A DNA stretch of 53,351 bases, filler included, from Sphacelaria rigidula (GCA_964200075.2; 4 parts of 4 records of this genome joined end to end with filler, not necessarily neighbours in it), one strand, 5' to 3'; shown: positions 24,005-37,400, numbered from the whole stretch's first letter. The notes: generated from the letters alone by a model not told the origin. A program made the numbers and translations.

Positions 24005-25653
24005 GGGATGGGGGGGGGGGAAGCTGGGTACCCTATTTGAGGGCAGGGGGTACCCCCTTGATCGATGCATGACGGCGATAGTAGTCGCTGTACTGCACGG
24101 AACGTGCATGTTGGCAGTGTTCGCGTGCGCAGGTACACCGAAACGGTACGACGTAGGTAGTAGGGGTACGTCGAAGCAAGTTGAGAATAACATCTCCATA
24201 TAGAAAAGGAGTGCAGAACAAGCGAGGCGTCGAATCGGGTGATCTTCCCCGTACAACACCATTATTGGCAGGTATGGCTTTGCAATTTGTCGGAAATGAA
24301 CCGGCCCAACACACATACTGTGCAGACAATTCAGGCCAGCACTGTACTCTTTGTACTGTCTGTACTCTTGGTACTGCCTGAATATTGAATACACAGTAGA
24401 ACTAAACAAGTACCGCTTCACGTAGATTTCATTTGGGAACTGTCACTACCTCAATGTTGCAAACTCCTTTTGGTCACACCACGTCTACAGCATTCCTCTT
24501 TGCAACCTCTCCCTGTCTTGTGTCGCATTCAGTATGATGGCGACAAGTACGTATACGCGTTGTATGAACACGGCTGTCTGCCCAAACGCGGGCAGAGTAC
24601 GTGATCATGTGCAATTCACATATTGCACATGTCTATAAGATCGTAACATTTTCATGCCGACTGGTAACACCGCGTACTCAAGTTACAGCATGCACATTCC
24701 AGTCATTCAGTTGCAGCACATAACTACTCGTCGTACACCGCCCCCCCAGCATAGCGGCCGCAGCACTGCGATGGTGCCACGTCAGTAACCACAGGTCTTC
24801 TTGCCAAAGCCAGCGCGACTCAATACGCATTATCAAGTCATCACCGCGACTCAAAAAATATTATTCAGTGATCACCGCGACTCAAGAGTCATCATCCATC
24901 CGGAAAATTGCTTCCCCATGGCCACAGGAACAACTGACACACCAAAACCCCTCGGTTTTGGGCTGCTCACGTCGAGGCGAACCCTGGGTGATCGAAATGG
25001 TCGTTCAATTTCGTGTACTGGTGAAGGAATAGGAATAATTAGGTTTAAGTCAATTTGATTTGGGTTTTTCCTCATCCTCGACCGCTTGGGGGGGGAGGGG
25101 GTGGGTGGGTGGGGGGGCGTCATTTTCCGATATGGCCCCCCTGGGTACAAGGACAAAATAGTCTTGCGCATCCCAGTTAAAGGGATGAGATATCAGTCAT
25201 GAAGATCTTGTTAACATGCGGAGTAGTAAAAAACGATACCTCTGGCGGTGATTGAGCTGTTGCTGGCATGACCCATGTGACGGCGGGCATACTGTTGTAA
25301 TCTATGAGCTTATCTGATGTACAATCGGTAGCGTGCGCAGGGGTGTGTGTGTGTTTCTTTCAAAACTTCGACTCCGAGGAGGTCGTCACAGCCGAGGCGA
25401 GATATGGTTTCACCAGGAACAAGGATGCCCTGATATTAACCACTTGCCGTCTCATTTCTGACTCACGTCAAGCGCTGACCAGAAAGGTCTCGCCTCAGAT
25501 ACGTTGACGAGCTAGCTTTCAAGCAGCGCAGTCGGCAGTAGCTCGAAGAAGCGCCGACAATTTCCTTATCGCACTGACTGCCTGTAGAAATTCGTGTTCA
25601 TTTGTTCAGATATGCCCGGTAGGATCGGATCTACGTAGATCAGGGGATCGGGG

Positions 25654-26005
25654 TGACGTACGAGTCAGGACAGTCAAGTATGTGCAAATATGGCGCAGTA
25701 CAGTAGCCGAGCGGCCTCAGCGCCCCGCCCCAATCACTCTTCAGCCTCTTTCCTTCTACTGCACTCCCCCGACTTCTAGTATTACTTGAGTGCTCTCTGA
25801 TATGCGATATGAACCATTTACCCCGTCCCTGAGCCAACGAATACGCTAGCGTTCAACCGATTGCGCAAGTATGGCTGGGAACGACGGAGCTGCCGCCTCT
25901 CCTGTAAAGAGGGTGGACGTAGTGAGAGTTTAACTTAAAAATATGGTGAGCCAATTAGACAGTCTATTTAGTGCACTGACTAATCTTGTTAGGGGCGTGC
26001 CGTCA
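25654..26005 (+). mobile_element. Possible LTR with an upstream purine-rich tract and a decayed gag-like region downstream
   Basis: TGACG...CGTCA termini, preceded by AGGGGATCGGGG. Broken ORFs follow (26034-26401). No TSD and no clear PBS. Confidence 0.3.
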
Positions 26006-26627
26006 AAATAGACTGCACTGCAGAGTGAAGTAGATGACAATGAAGATGATCACGAGTCCAGTGGCGCACGATGGAGCAGCATCATCGAGAGTGGAACGTC
26101 CCCTGGAGGGGGAACCCGAGCGACACAAAAACCACGCCCGGCTGATAGCTCGGCCGAAGCTAGCGTGGCAGGAGGCTACCGGCGCTTTTGCTGGAGCGAG
26201 CAGGGAGCCCCACCTGGAAGCGACCACAGGACTGGAAGCGACGGAGGTAGGGGTACAGACCCCGCAAGTGAGTCAGTCTCTACGTTCGCGCACGGTCGAC
26301 CAAGTGTTCAAAATGTAGTTTACGCGCCAATATTCGGGGCCACTGTCCCCAAGCTTCTGGGAAGAGTTAAAAACTGTCCTACAACAAACAAGAGCTCATG
26401 AATTTCGCGAGACGCGAAAGCATCGATTTGGCTTCACCACGTCTAATGATAGTTCTCACGACGTGGAGGTTGGGAACACGGAGCGGTCAGTGCGTTACTT
26501 GGAAGTAAGGCATGGCAAAGGCATGCTAGCTGCCAACATTCGAGCTAGGCAGATAACAGGGTGCCAGAAAAATGAGAAGGTATTTTGAAATGAGAATCCA
26601 CCGCTCCCCGGGATTGTGTCCATTTTT

Positions 26628-26727
26628 NNNNNNNNNNNNNNNNNNNNNNNNNNNNNNNNNNNNNNNNNNNNTTAATTAATTAANNNNNNNNNNNNNNNNN
26701 NNNNNNNNNNNNNNNNNNNNNNNNNNN
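26628..26727. other. Artificial linker N44-TTAATTAATTAA-N44
   Basis: Direct reading. Confidence 0.97.
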
Positions 26728-26865
26728 TCTAGCCAATGCCGCCGACATGAGGCGCTTCATGCAGCCTGAACCCAAACATCAGGCGCTGTATTGCCATTTT
26801 TTCGTGACACTTTTGAGCTGGTTTTGGGGGGGGGGTCTATCGTAGAAAGTGTCGGTTGCACTGTG
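26728..26865. mobile_element. Partial copy of the about 200-bp MITE at 31565-31767
   Basis: Reverse complement of about 31570-31690; truncated by the linker. Confidence 0.7.
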
Positions 26866-28584
26866 TCATTTGAACCGCGTACACAAGTGTGCTCACGCTT
26901 GACCTGTATGACTCAAGTGACACCGATAATGATTTGTCCGGTGTGTGCATAGTTATGATTTTCATCACTCGGGTCAGGCAAGCGCAGTAGCTTGTCGTCG
27001 ACCCGCGCGATTTAAATCCAATGTATACCAAAAGCTACCCCATACCTCTGGAATCCGAATCTAGTATACAAGAAACACTTTCCCGCACCTGCAAGATGCG
27101 GATCAAGTATGCAAGAAAATAGTATTCAATTCCCTCCCCTATTACCCTGTATGGCCCGGGTACAGTGCATGTTCATAAGTCCGGACGTTGACTGTAGCAA
27201 CCCGGGCACATGGAACATGAAGCACGTATTTTGTTTTCCGACTGGTTTCACGGTGGGGGTGCATATTTTTCCGAAGATGTGCACTGTCGGTGCATCCAAA
27301 TTATACTTCATTCGGCACTTTCCTTGCATCGTTGCGGAGGAGACCGTGGATGAGTCGGGTTTTATCCGACGCTCTTCCGAGCTTTGCACCGTAGAGGCCT
27401 GCTCACTTGGTAGCGTTTTTTGTTGTGTGCTCTTAGCGCTGAGCGTCGTGGCGGAACGTAATTTGGACTCATTTCACTCCGATAGCAGTAGGAGTAGCGG
27501 TGAGGAATAGTAGCTGTGATTTGCGCAGATAAGACGTATGTTCAGTTGTGCCAGCGGCAGTATGGGTGACTGTTTTCGTGTTTCCTTGTTCAGGGTGCAC
27601 AGTCATGTGCGGCGGGAAAATGAAGAAACAAGACACAGCTTCATGCTCAATTGGTTCATCATGACCTTGTTCGGCCAGCGTCAGGCGAAAAAACTGGGAG
27701 AAGAGTCATCGACGTGTATATTGAGAGTTTAAGCACGGGTATCTCCCGCAAGCCTGCTCGACGATCAGCCGTATGACCTTCACGATCTGAAATTGGTCTA
27801 TATCCGTATGGCCCGTTTAATATATATTTACATTTTTCGTGTGGTAACCTATAGAACCCGGTTGCTTTGTACACATGGCGTGATGACTAATCTGTATGAC
27901 CCGTGTGATTCGTACATATCTGTCTGATGATGATTCGTATGACCCGAGTATCCGTACAAACCTGCCGTTGGTGATTTGTGTACTCTGTTTATCCGTACGT
28001 CACCTCCTTGGGCACACCTATGTAATCCGAATCAGATGTGTACGAAACGTCAAGAAGAACCTGTGTATCCTTATAACTCGTACAAGATACCTCCCTCATG
28101 ATCGATGATATCCGGAACACGAGGACCGTTCCATAACTAGTTGCACTGTATCATTCGAATCGTGTACACAGGCGTGTTCACACTCGAGCTGTATGACCTG
28201 CGTCCTAAAAACGTGATCCGTTCGGCGCGTGGAAAACGTAGAAAAACAAAATAGTTTTTCGCACGCGGATTTAATGTACACATCCCCTGTTCAAAACATG
28301 ATCACACGGGTGATATCTATCAGTTTGGCCTGTTACACACGGACGACGATGCACCTAAACACGTGAATGCATCGATAGAACGTGTGAACAATGAAAATTT
28401 TATCTCGAGCCCTCGATTATGCCCAATCGTGGATGGAATAACTGTATTCTCTCTCCTGGCATGAAGGGTAATGTGCAGTTTTGGCCAGTTACACGGGCAT
28501 TTACAAACGAACGGCGATATCCCTGAGCACGGGGGACACATCATTCGAACAAATTCACACTGCATCACTGCTGTATAACCCCAC

Positions 28585-29145
28585 TCACCTCCACCCCCTT
28601 TCCTCGAGAACGCATCCCTTCGAATAATGTCAGCGAGAAGGGGGTGTTATCCGATGTGTGAGCCGTTTGCGGCGGACAGCAATGAATCTGAACACATGGC
28701 AGGCACCAATAGCAAGCATACAACCTAACCTAGCTAGCGATACATTCTGTCTCTCTTAACGAAACTTAAGGCACCCCGGGGGTATTATTAACTCCCCTCC
28801 CTACGTACGCCAAGAGGCTATAAACCCACCATTAGGGCGTGTAAAATACGAATAGTGATGTTCCTGTCGATGCGGGAGGCATGTAGAGTATGTTCACCCT
28901 ATCCTACTTGCTTTATGATCTCTACCACCCCCCACCCGCGTCCCCGACGATGATATCAGCGCATCCGCTCCCCAAACAATCTCAGCGCGACGGGGGTGTT
29001 CCCCGACGTGTGAGCAATTCGCGACTGGACAGCCATGCATCTGATATATGTAGCCAGTACCAGTAGAAAGCCTTCAACATAATTTTACCATATCTAGTGA
29101 TGCATCCAATGTACCTTAAGGGAACGATAGACACCCGAGGAGGAT
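28585..29145. repeat. Diverged tandem duplication (about 350-bp period)
   Basis: CGCATCC...CAGCG.GA.GGGGGTGTT..CCGA.GTGTGAGC...GGACAGC.ATG.ATCTGA at about 28610 and about 28960. Confidence 0.6.
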
Positions 29146-30289
29146 GCTTCCAAACGCATTACAGGCAACATCAAAACAGCGACGCCCCCACTATGTACTC
29201 ATACGAAATCGAGGGACACCACCGTTCATTTGCGATGGACCAAAGTAGTGGATACTATCCCCGGGCACGGTTGTATTCCTTTCTCTGGAAAGCCATGGGC
29301 CCATCCTCCACAGGAGACTCCACCAATCTTTCGAAGATGCTTGATGAATAGTTGTGCGTGTCATGCATTAATTCTTCTTCTCGTGATGAGGACTTGAATA
29401 CACTATTTTAAAACAGCTGAAATAAACAAAGGGCAACATTAGCCCGCACGTCAGTCTATCATTATCATGTTTATTCGGGACAGGTCGGTCTTTGTGCCCA
29501 CACTTAATTTGGCGTTTGCGAAACTTGACGTGTGCCAATACGCCCGCGATTAATTTCTGCCTCCTGCCTCATTCGGGTCCGACGACTGCGGCATGTAGAA
29601 CAATGAATACGCCTCCTGATTCGATAGCTTAGATGCGATTTCCGGGTCACCTTGTTTTTGAACGTGCCTCAAATACCTCGAATTGGCAACATGGCATGTT
29701 CAACAGTCAATTATCAATAGAAGAAGGCTCCATGACACAAAAGGCACCTCGGATTCGAGGTCTCCACCAATCTTCTAACCGGAGTTCTTCCCCCCGCCCC
29801 CTCGATTTGAGGCAGAATTGGGCCCGCGAGACTTCGACCTGGGGTACCGTGGAAGTGCCCTGTAATTGAGTAGTGTTGACACAGCAAAGCTATGAGTACA
29901 GTACGGTTTCCATACCGCACCAACGAACAGGAACTCCTGTAGGCCACTGAAACGGCACAAGACCGGTTCGTGAGCGGTAGCCCTGTCACGGAGAAGCCCC
30001 CGGCCAGGATGCTTCCTGTGAGTAATGCCACGGCAGGAGTGCACTTTGTTTTTCTGAGGCCCTTTGCCGCAGGAGCCTCTCGATGACAGATATCCGGGCC
30101 TTAGTGTGCAGCCTCAGAAAACGTTTGAACTGAAAAGGGCACCCCTACCGCGGCACTACTCCTATCTCATCGTCACCTTGCAGCCTGCAAGAGTACCAGT
30201 AGTGTCTCGGACACTTTCAGGGTCGCATTTGGGCACCATGTGAGGGTGCGGGATCCTTTCAAGTCCATAATCCCATCTCCCCGTACTAC

Positions 30290-30770
30290 AGTATTTGTGC
30301 GGCACCGTCTGTGTTTTGATGCTGTTGCGCCATGACCTCCATCCTCATAACCCACAACTCCCAAAGCATAGCGGTGGTTGGGGTCAGCTCTCTTCCGCAA
30401 CATGCCGACACCCCTATTGCAGTAGGATATCAAGTCTTGGGGCATGGCATGGACGGCGACCGCCATGTTGCTGTGGTTGGTGATGGGGGTCAATATTTCG
30501 CGTCGTCTGTGCCCCGCTCGGATATTTTGAAGAAAACATCCTGGGCATAAACGGTGTGAAATATTGATCCCCGTCGCCAACCACAGCAACATCGTGGTCA
30601 CCGCCCACGCCATGCCCCAAGACCTGATACCCTACTCCGGTAGGTGTGTCAGAACGTTATGCAAGAGAGCTGACTCAAACCGTCACCATGTCTCGGGAAT
30701 CGTACGTCGTGAGGATTTGGGCTGTGACCCTGGGGCATAAAAATATCAGAAAACCGGCGCATCGGCCGAT
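30290..30770. mobile_element. About 480-bp diverged foldback element
   Basis: 30436-30499 is the reverse complement of about 30558-30622 with few mismatches, and pairing extends outward. Confidence 0.7.
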
Positions 30771-31564
30771 GGGATATGTTATTTTGACAAAAAAAATCCA
30801 GCTTGAGAAGAAAAAATCACAGTAAGGGGTGGCCGCACTGTTCTGTTAGCAGTAGTGTATAGTTGCCACCAGCCTCAACACTGTAAACCATATGTATTGC
30901 CCCCCCCCCGAGTGTCGAGGTTCGATTTAGGGGAGAGGCAGGTGATATGGGCAAGGGGGAGGGTGGTCAAGTACCTGAGTATAGTGTTGTACCAGGATAC
31001 CACTTGCTTGCTGTGTGACATCGAATAATCACTCGACTTGAATGAGGGGAACTTATTTGCCTGGCTTTAGTGGAGCGTCAGATAATTACTTGCCTTTAAT
31101 ATGAAGCCCGATATTGATTTTTCTCAATGTGGCGATTGGAGCAAGGCAGTACATACCCTGAGGTGTGCTAACATGAACAACAACACGGGCTGCAGACCGC
31201 AGTCTGCTCAGGTTGTAGGAGATAATGTCAGACGCAACTGCTGCACTTAAACCTGAAAAAAATGGCCAGCGAAAGAGCCGCACCGTGGGTCGAGGAAAAC
31301 TGTTGTGCTGGTGAGTAGCAGCCCTCCTTCTGCAATTTACGATATATATATATATATATATATATGGACATATGTGCTCAAATCGGCGCATTCTGGGCCG
31401 GACTCTCAAGCACGTCTTCTAAGTTTCGAACTTCGTTGAGCCCGCTCGTAATAGTCCTATTTTCTCTTCTGAGCACAGTCGAAGAGATATTTTCATATTC
31501 GATTGACTTTTTTCTCGAGCCCCTGCCGCAAAACCAGGCACGTGTTCAGGGTGCGTTGCTACCG

Positions 31565-31767
31565 CGGAGTCTTCCTACGATAGACCCCCCCCAAAACCAG
31601 CCCAAAACTGTCACGAAGAAAATGGTCATACAGCGCCTGATGTTTTATTTCAGGCTGCATGAAGCGCCTCATATCGGCGGCATTGGCGAGAACGAACCCA
31701 AGTGTGAGAATCCCCAGCTTGTCGTCGAGCCATTTTGGGGGAGGGGGGGCTATCGTAGAAAGTGTCC
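31565..31767. mobile_element. About 200-bp MITE
   Basis: TIRs CTTCCTACGATAGACCCCCCC / GGGGGGCTATCGTAGAAAGTG; second copy at 26728-26865. Confidence 0.7.
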
Positions 31768-33655
31768 GCGCTGTTGTGGGATGCTTAGCCTTACTCCGTT
31801 GCTGCTGTTGTGTGACACATCTCAAACCTCGGGAGGTTTGGAGGGAGTACTGATGTAGACATGAGGTGCGAGAGTGGGAAGGGTTCGTTTCTGACCCATG
31901 CACGCAATGTTGGAGCCTACCTACCTGGCTGTGCCTCGATTTGAGGATCAAATCGAACTATTTCGTTTTGAGCTGGCGCCCCGATTGTAAGACCGCATCC
32001 AATGCTCTGAACCGCTGTACTGTGAATCAGCCCAACAATGTCCCGCAAAACGTTGACGCTTGGCTGGTGCTGTATTTTGCATATCACTTTCGAGTATCGC
32101 CCTATCGTATGTGCAATGCTACATTTTTTGCGATATCTACAATCTGCAATCCAGCGGCCACTAAACCTGGCGCGCTGGAGCCACCGGCCAAGAGACCAGG
32201 GACATGAACTCCTCCTTAGCCCTGCCGACAGTGGCAGCTCCAACTTAGGGTTTCCCAATAAATATTTGCGCACTTCGAACGAGTCCGAGTGTTACCCGGG
32301 AGAATCGCGATCTTCGATGCAAGTCGCGCAAGCGTTTTGAATTCCTGGCAGGCGTGGCGACTGGAACCAGCTCGTCGCGCGTTCTTCGAGCTAGTGGTGT
32401 ATGACTCGAGTCGTCCTGTGCCTGCTTGCCCTAATTGATCGCACAGCGACTCAGACCGTTTCTTTATCCGATTAAGTTGTGACGTCTCGAGTTGAGCTCG
32501 CTCCCATGTTCCCGAGCTGATTCTGACAACCCGAATAAGAGTCGATCAAATCTTCTGAAAAGATTTTTATTTGCTGTGATGACTCGCGAGTCAGATTCAT
32601 CCCTGACTTTTCAAACCAGTTCACAAGCAAGATATGAAATTACATGGCCATGTTGGACCCCGCAAAACAGAATGAATATTTCACGTAGTGGTCATCGTTA
32701 AACCGGGACGCGGCTCTTACATGAGCATCTTTGAATCGGACGGCAGCAAAGGAGGATCTCGCGTGACGTGCTGAATCGGTTCAAGAGTATGAACACGCCG
32801 AAACGACGTAAACGGCCGGTCACGCGGACAGATTTTGTGGCCCATTTTCCCTCATCAGTCGTGTCGCCTCGAGAGATACTCGTTCTCCATTTTTCGAAGA
32901 TATCTTCTCATTTTTATTTTGCTTTGTTTTCCTCCGGTTTTCGTTCAGTGTTCTCGCATCGTTTTTTTTACTTTTTTATCGCTGTCTCTTTGTCTTTCTC
33001 GAGTTTCCTTTGACGTGTAATCCGTATTGTTCATCTCAGGTGCGCCGATTTCGTGAACACGGTAAGATTCCTCGGGGGATCGGTTGTTGTGAGACGGTCA
33101 ATCAATGAATGTTGCGTTGCTCGAGTCGAGGTCGTCCTCATTATTTGGAAACTAGTCGAATGACTCGAGACAGCTTATCGCCCACTATTCGGAAGTAATG
33201 GTTTGACTGAGCTCATTATGAGGAAAATCTTGCCTCATTTTTGTCGCGAACAAAAATATATCCTGTGTTATGAACCCTGCCCTCCGGCGGTCAAAGTTTT
33301 TCCCATTTTCACCGTGGATCATGTGAGATGAGGCCAATAGGTTTACTCTTTTCCCTTCGGCGGGTCCTGCGACGCCTCATCCTCCCCACCTGGAGAGGGA
33401 ACAGTTTTTCGGGCGTACGCCCTCCCGACTAGTCGGCATCAACAAATGCTAGTCAGTGCATCGGTCTAATTGTTCTAGTATTTTTTGTACATCAATATCC
33501 TCATGAATTGATGCTATGTGATTTCCCTTCCGGATCAAGGTTCAAAACATCTGTCAAGAGGCTGTCGCGAAACGCCGAAAATATATTCTTTTAACGCGGC
33601 AAAAGTCGAGTGGGCTGCAAAGCTGTCGGAGAATAAAAAACCTGCGTACTACATA

Positions 33656-34168
33656 CTTCCTCTGTCCTATAAGTAAAGGTACCTACATTTGTACGGGCCC
33701 TTAACGATGTCCGATCGTTTGTTTGTTTTTTTAATGAACTCTACGGTGTTTTTTGGATCAAGAAAACGTGTTTAAAATTTGCAGCTCGTGCTGGAACCAT
33801 GCCGCCGAACGGCTGCAAAAAAAGTAGTCGGCCCAAAAATGGCCGTTTTTTGCCCCTTTCGGAGGGGGAAAAAAGCGTCGATTTTATTTTTTAAAATCGC
33901 CCCCGCCTTCACTGGGGCTTGCTGCTAGGGAGTCCCACGCGAATGAAAAAAACAAGAAGAATCCCCTCAAAAACGGGCAAAAAACCGCCATTTTTGGACC
34001 GACTACTTTTTTTGCAGTCGCTCGGCGGCATGATTGAAGCACGAGCTGCAAATTTTGAACACATTTTCTTAACCCAAAAAACATCGTAGAGGTCATAACA
34101 AAAACCCGACCGGACGTCGTTAAGGGCCCGTACAAATGTAGGTATCTTTACTTATGGGACAGAGAAAG
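33656..34168. mobile_element. 513-bp foldback MITE with Stowaway-like termini
   Basis: TA|CTTCCTCTGTCC...GGACAGAGAAAG|TA with arms of about 210 bp. The flanks also fit a 9-bp duplication TACTACA(T/C)A. Confidence 0.8.
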
Positions 34169-34451
34169 TACTACACATCATCTTGATGGGGCCGGTCATA
34201 CGTGACAGCCGGTCAACCGTACATCCCAGCCCATCCTGTACTATGACGAGTAACTAACTGCTGGGATGTCTGTGGTATTGGAGTACTTTACTATCACACC
34301 CTTTTTTCCAATTGCATCACTTTTGTAAAAGGGCGTCATGCTGCTCCTGAAATGCATTTATCATAGACAGAACAATAGTGTGTTCTATTTCAAACGACCA
34401 ACTCATGACGATCTCACGGTCAGGCGTAAGAACGATCACCGAGGAGTTGCC

Positions 34452-37400
34452 ATGAGCATCAGGGATCGGAGCGTCAAGACGAATTGGACCTTTCTGCGGA
34501 ACCAGGATGCCGAAGAAGCGAAGGTTCCGGCTATGCTCTTTGTCTTGTGCAAAACGGTGACGGAGGATGAGTCTGGAGCTCTCTTTCTTAACGGCACCTT
34601 AGTGCAAAGGATTTTGTGGGAAGGTCCACCGCCAGAGAATGCCCGATGTTTTCCGATCGATCTCAAAGGGCCCCTGGCTGGGGGACAGCTGCAGGAGCGC
34701 AGGACAACGTCCAAGGTGACCCGCGAGTCGACAACGCCGACGCATATGCTTTATTCAACGATCAACATGATCAACGCCCCGATCGACGTCCAGCCGCACT
34801 GGAGCCTGTGAGTAACACGTGCACAACGGTAGCGCTCACCCATCCACACTTGATCTTCTTGGTTTGACCCTTCGGTACGTGAAAAAATGAGATCACAACT
34901 TCGGAGACTACAAAAAAGCACAAACGGCGCGAAAGTTATGCACACGTAGTTGAGAACGTTGTACAGTGGCTTGCCCGTCTTGTCTAAGCTCGTTCAGTTT
35001 CAAGCCAAGCACCTTCTTGTCCGTTGGACTGTGAAAATGTCTCGATGTGTGCTCTGGGTAGGTTATGCTGCAGGCGGTAAAATGTTTATGCTTCATCGTA
35101 AACAGACCATGCAACCATGAACGAACACACGGAAGGCTCTCGCGCGCTGCCGTCCTATCAGCCTTGCCTTTTTTTACTACCGTGCTTATATTTTCGAATT
35201 AAACACTAGATTGGGATCTTCGTAGGGCTTCTGAAATCGAGGAGAATTTCTTGCAGTTTAGAATGACACGCTCAACGCGGCGCGCTGGCTGTCGTCGGCA
35301 TCGTCTCCCATGGATCGGAGTTGTTGATCAGACATACCTGTTCCGAAAAACTGAGCTAGAAGTCTCGGAGACAGCGACAATATCTTCTATCACTGGAAAA
35401 ATGGGGAGCTTCACATGGTCGTTCCGACAAAAACATGCCCTGATGGGCGACGTTATGGATCAACTAGTACGATGTTTCTGTCCGACGGATCTCTGCATGA
35501 CATATATTTTTTCTCACTCTGAACATGGATCTCCCATATCTAGCCGAAGGTTGTGTGGGTTCGACAGTTGAACCCATTTTCATCGGCCGGGTCCTTCACG
35601 CGGGGTAGTATGAAGTGAGCGTCAGTGCACGTATGTACTTACTACCGGCGAACCCGCACGGTAGTTGAGAACAAGCAAGAATGTTGTGCTCAAATGGCCT
35701 GGCCTCGTGTTTCGCCCAAGTTCGCGGATGAGAACGGCTATTGTAGAGGCCCTCGCGCGGCCCGTGTTACCCGGTATCAGTGCATGCGAGATGAGGATCG
35801 TCGCTTCCCCAATGTTTGTTTTGTTCGTTTTTGTCCAGATTTTCAAATGGGCTGAGGCTCTGCTGTGTGAGAACGATCCTTTCCGATAGAGAGACCCGTG
35901 GTGTTGTCACAGAAGATACAGTAGCTCAATGCAGAACTGACCTTTCAAGTTTCCAGTTATATGGCTGTTTCGCCTTGTCTTCCTCGACCATACCTCGATA
36001 ACAGGTTCCCGTTCCGGATTTTGAAAGGAAAGGTGGAGCTGGAACTGCAGGCAGTTATCCTCGAGAAGCGCCCAGATGAACGGATCATGCTGTGCCCTGA
36101 CCTTTGCATCTGCGACCCTGAGCACTTGGACAACCTCGTCAGGGTGAAGCGCTCAGAGGATTTGAACCGGTCACGCACTGTCGCTTTCCTGCTGGACGTA
36201 CCCACCATCGAGGTGCGAGTTATGACAAGCTTTGGTCGTCAGCATATCGCTCCTTTCCTTCGTCGATGCTTCGAGATCGATTCGTGTGCTGCCGTTCTGG
36301 TATGAAACATGCTCCTGTCGCCCAGACGACGGCAGCCGCATTTGCAATTTTGCGTATCCACAACTCTGTCCTTGGTAGATATTTTGTTTGCGCAAAAGAA
36401 CGTCCGACGACACTTGAAGCTGGTGTATGCGGACGCCGTCAATAAGTCTTCCAGGTTTCATGAGCGATACCATGCCGTAAAGACTCGAGTCTCCAAGGCG
36501 CGAGAGTGTGTGGATTACGGCGTTTACCGTTTCTGCACACTAGATCTATCTCGTCGAGGCTATTCGAAGAGGTCGTGATCACGCTCATATGATCTTCATC
36601 CAGGAACGGGCTTCTTGTATTGGTTTTTGGGCTCGTTCGTCACCTCTGGTGCCACGGACGGTAGAACAGACGGCAGACCTGGAGCTGTCATGTTGTATGA
36701 AAGCCATCGAACACAAACAAGCGCGAAAACACACCAGTCAGACAATAATACTGCGATCTGATCGTCTACCTCCCTCCCTCCCTCCCTCTCTGTCTGTCTT
36801 TCTCTTGCCCTTCTCTGCCAAATTCGGCGGCAGATTTGTAAGGATCAACGCCTGAAGAAAGGTTTCAACGGCAACAGATCCAATCCCGCCCGTGGGGACT
36901 TGTTCATCACCTACCCGCAAATGACGTTAACGTTTTGGTTGCACGAACCAGTAAGCAAGGTCGCATTCAAGATATTCGGCCCACTTCTCCTGGTTCTGGT
37001 CCTGATGCTGGTAGGTGGACTGCGGGTCCTTGCAGCCCTCATCTCTTGCGTTTCTTCTGTTTCGACGTGTTGATTCCGGAATTGCTCTACTGAACGTTAT
37101 AAGCTTGACTAGACGTGCTGACCATCAGTGTACCGTAGATCCAGCTACCATCCGCCGTAGATTATGTTTGGTTTTAGGAAAAGGTCCGAGTGACGTATTC
37201 TCCCGCGATTAAAAATGAAAGATCTCATGATGTGAACCCAAAAAGTAAATGGTAACGTACGCAGATGTTCGAGTAAGTCTCGCAGGCCCCGCTTTGCATT
37301 GGATGATTTCCGATCACCCGCGCACGTTTCTCTGACACACGCGTTTCGGTAGTTGAATTTCGAGGAAGCATTCGGCTTCGGCAATATCGGTGAGTGCTTC

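Larger units (their letters stand above)
22884..25143. mobile_element. 1.1-kb TIR element (copy 2, inverted relative to copy 1) carrying a nested solo LTR
   Basis: TIRs GAGGGGGCCCATATCGGGAAATGA / TCATTTTCCGATATGGCCCCCCTG; flanking duplication GGTACAAG(C/G); body homologous to 9179-10280. Confidence 0.8.

Noticed and set aside
35887..37306. Stop-codon recoding or selenoprotein in the orphan gene
   Set aside because: All three stop types occur and the other genes use the standard code; nonsense mutation is the simpler explanation.
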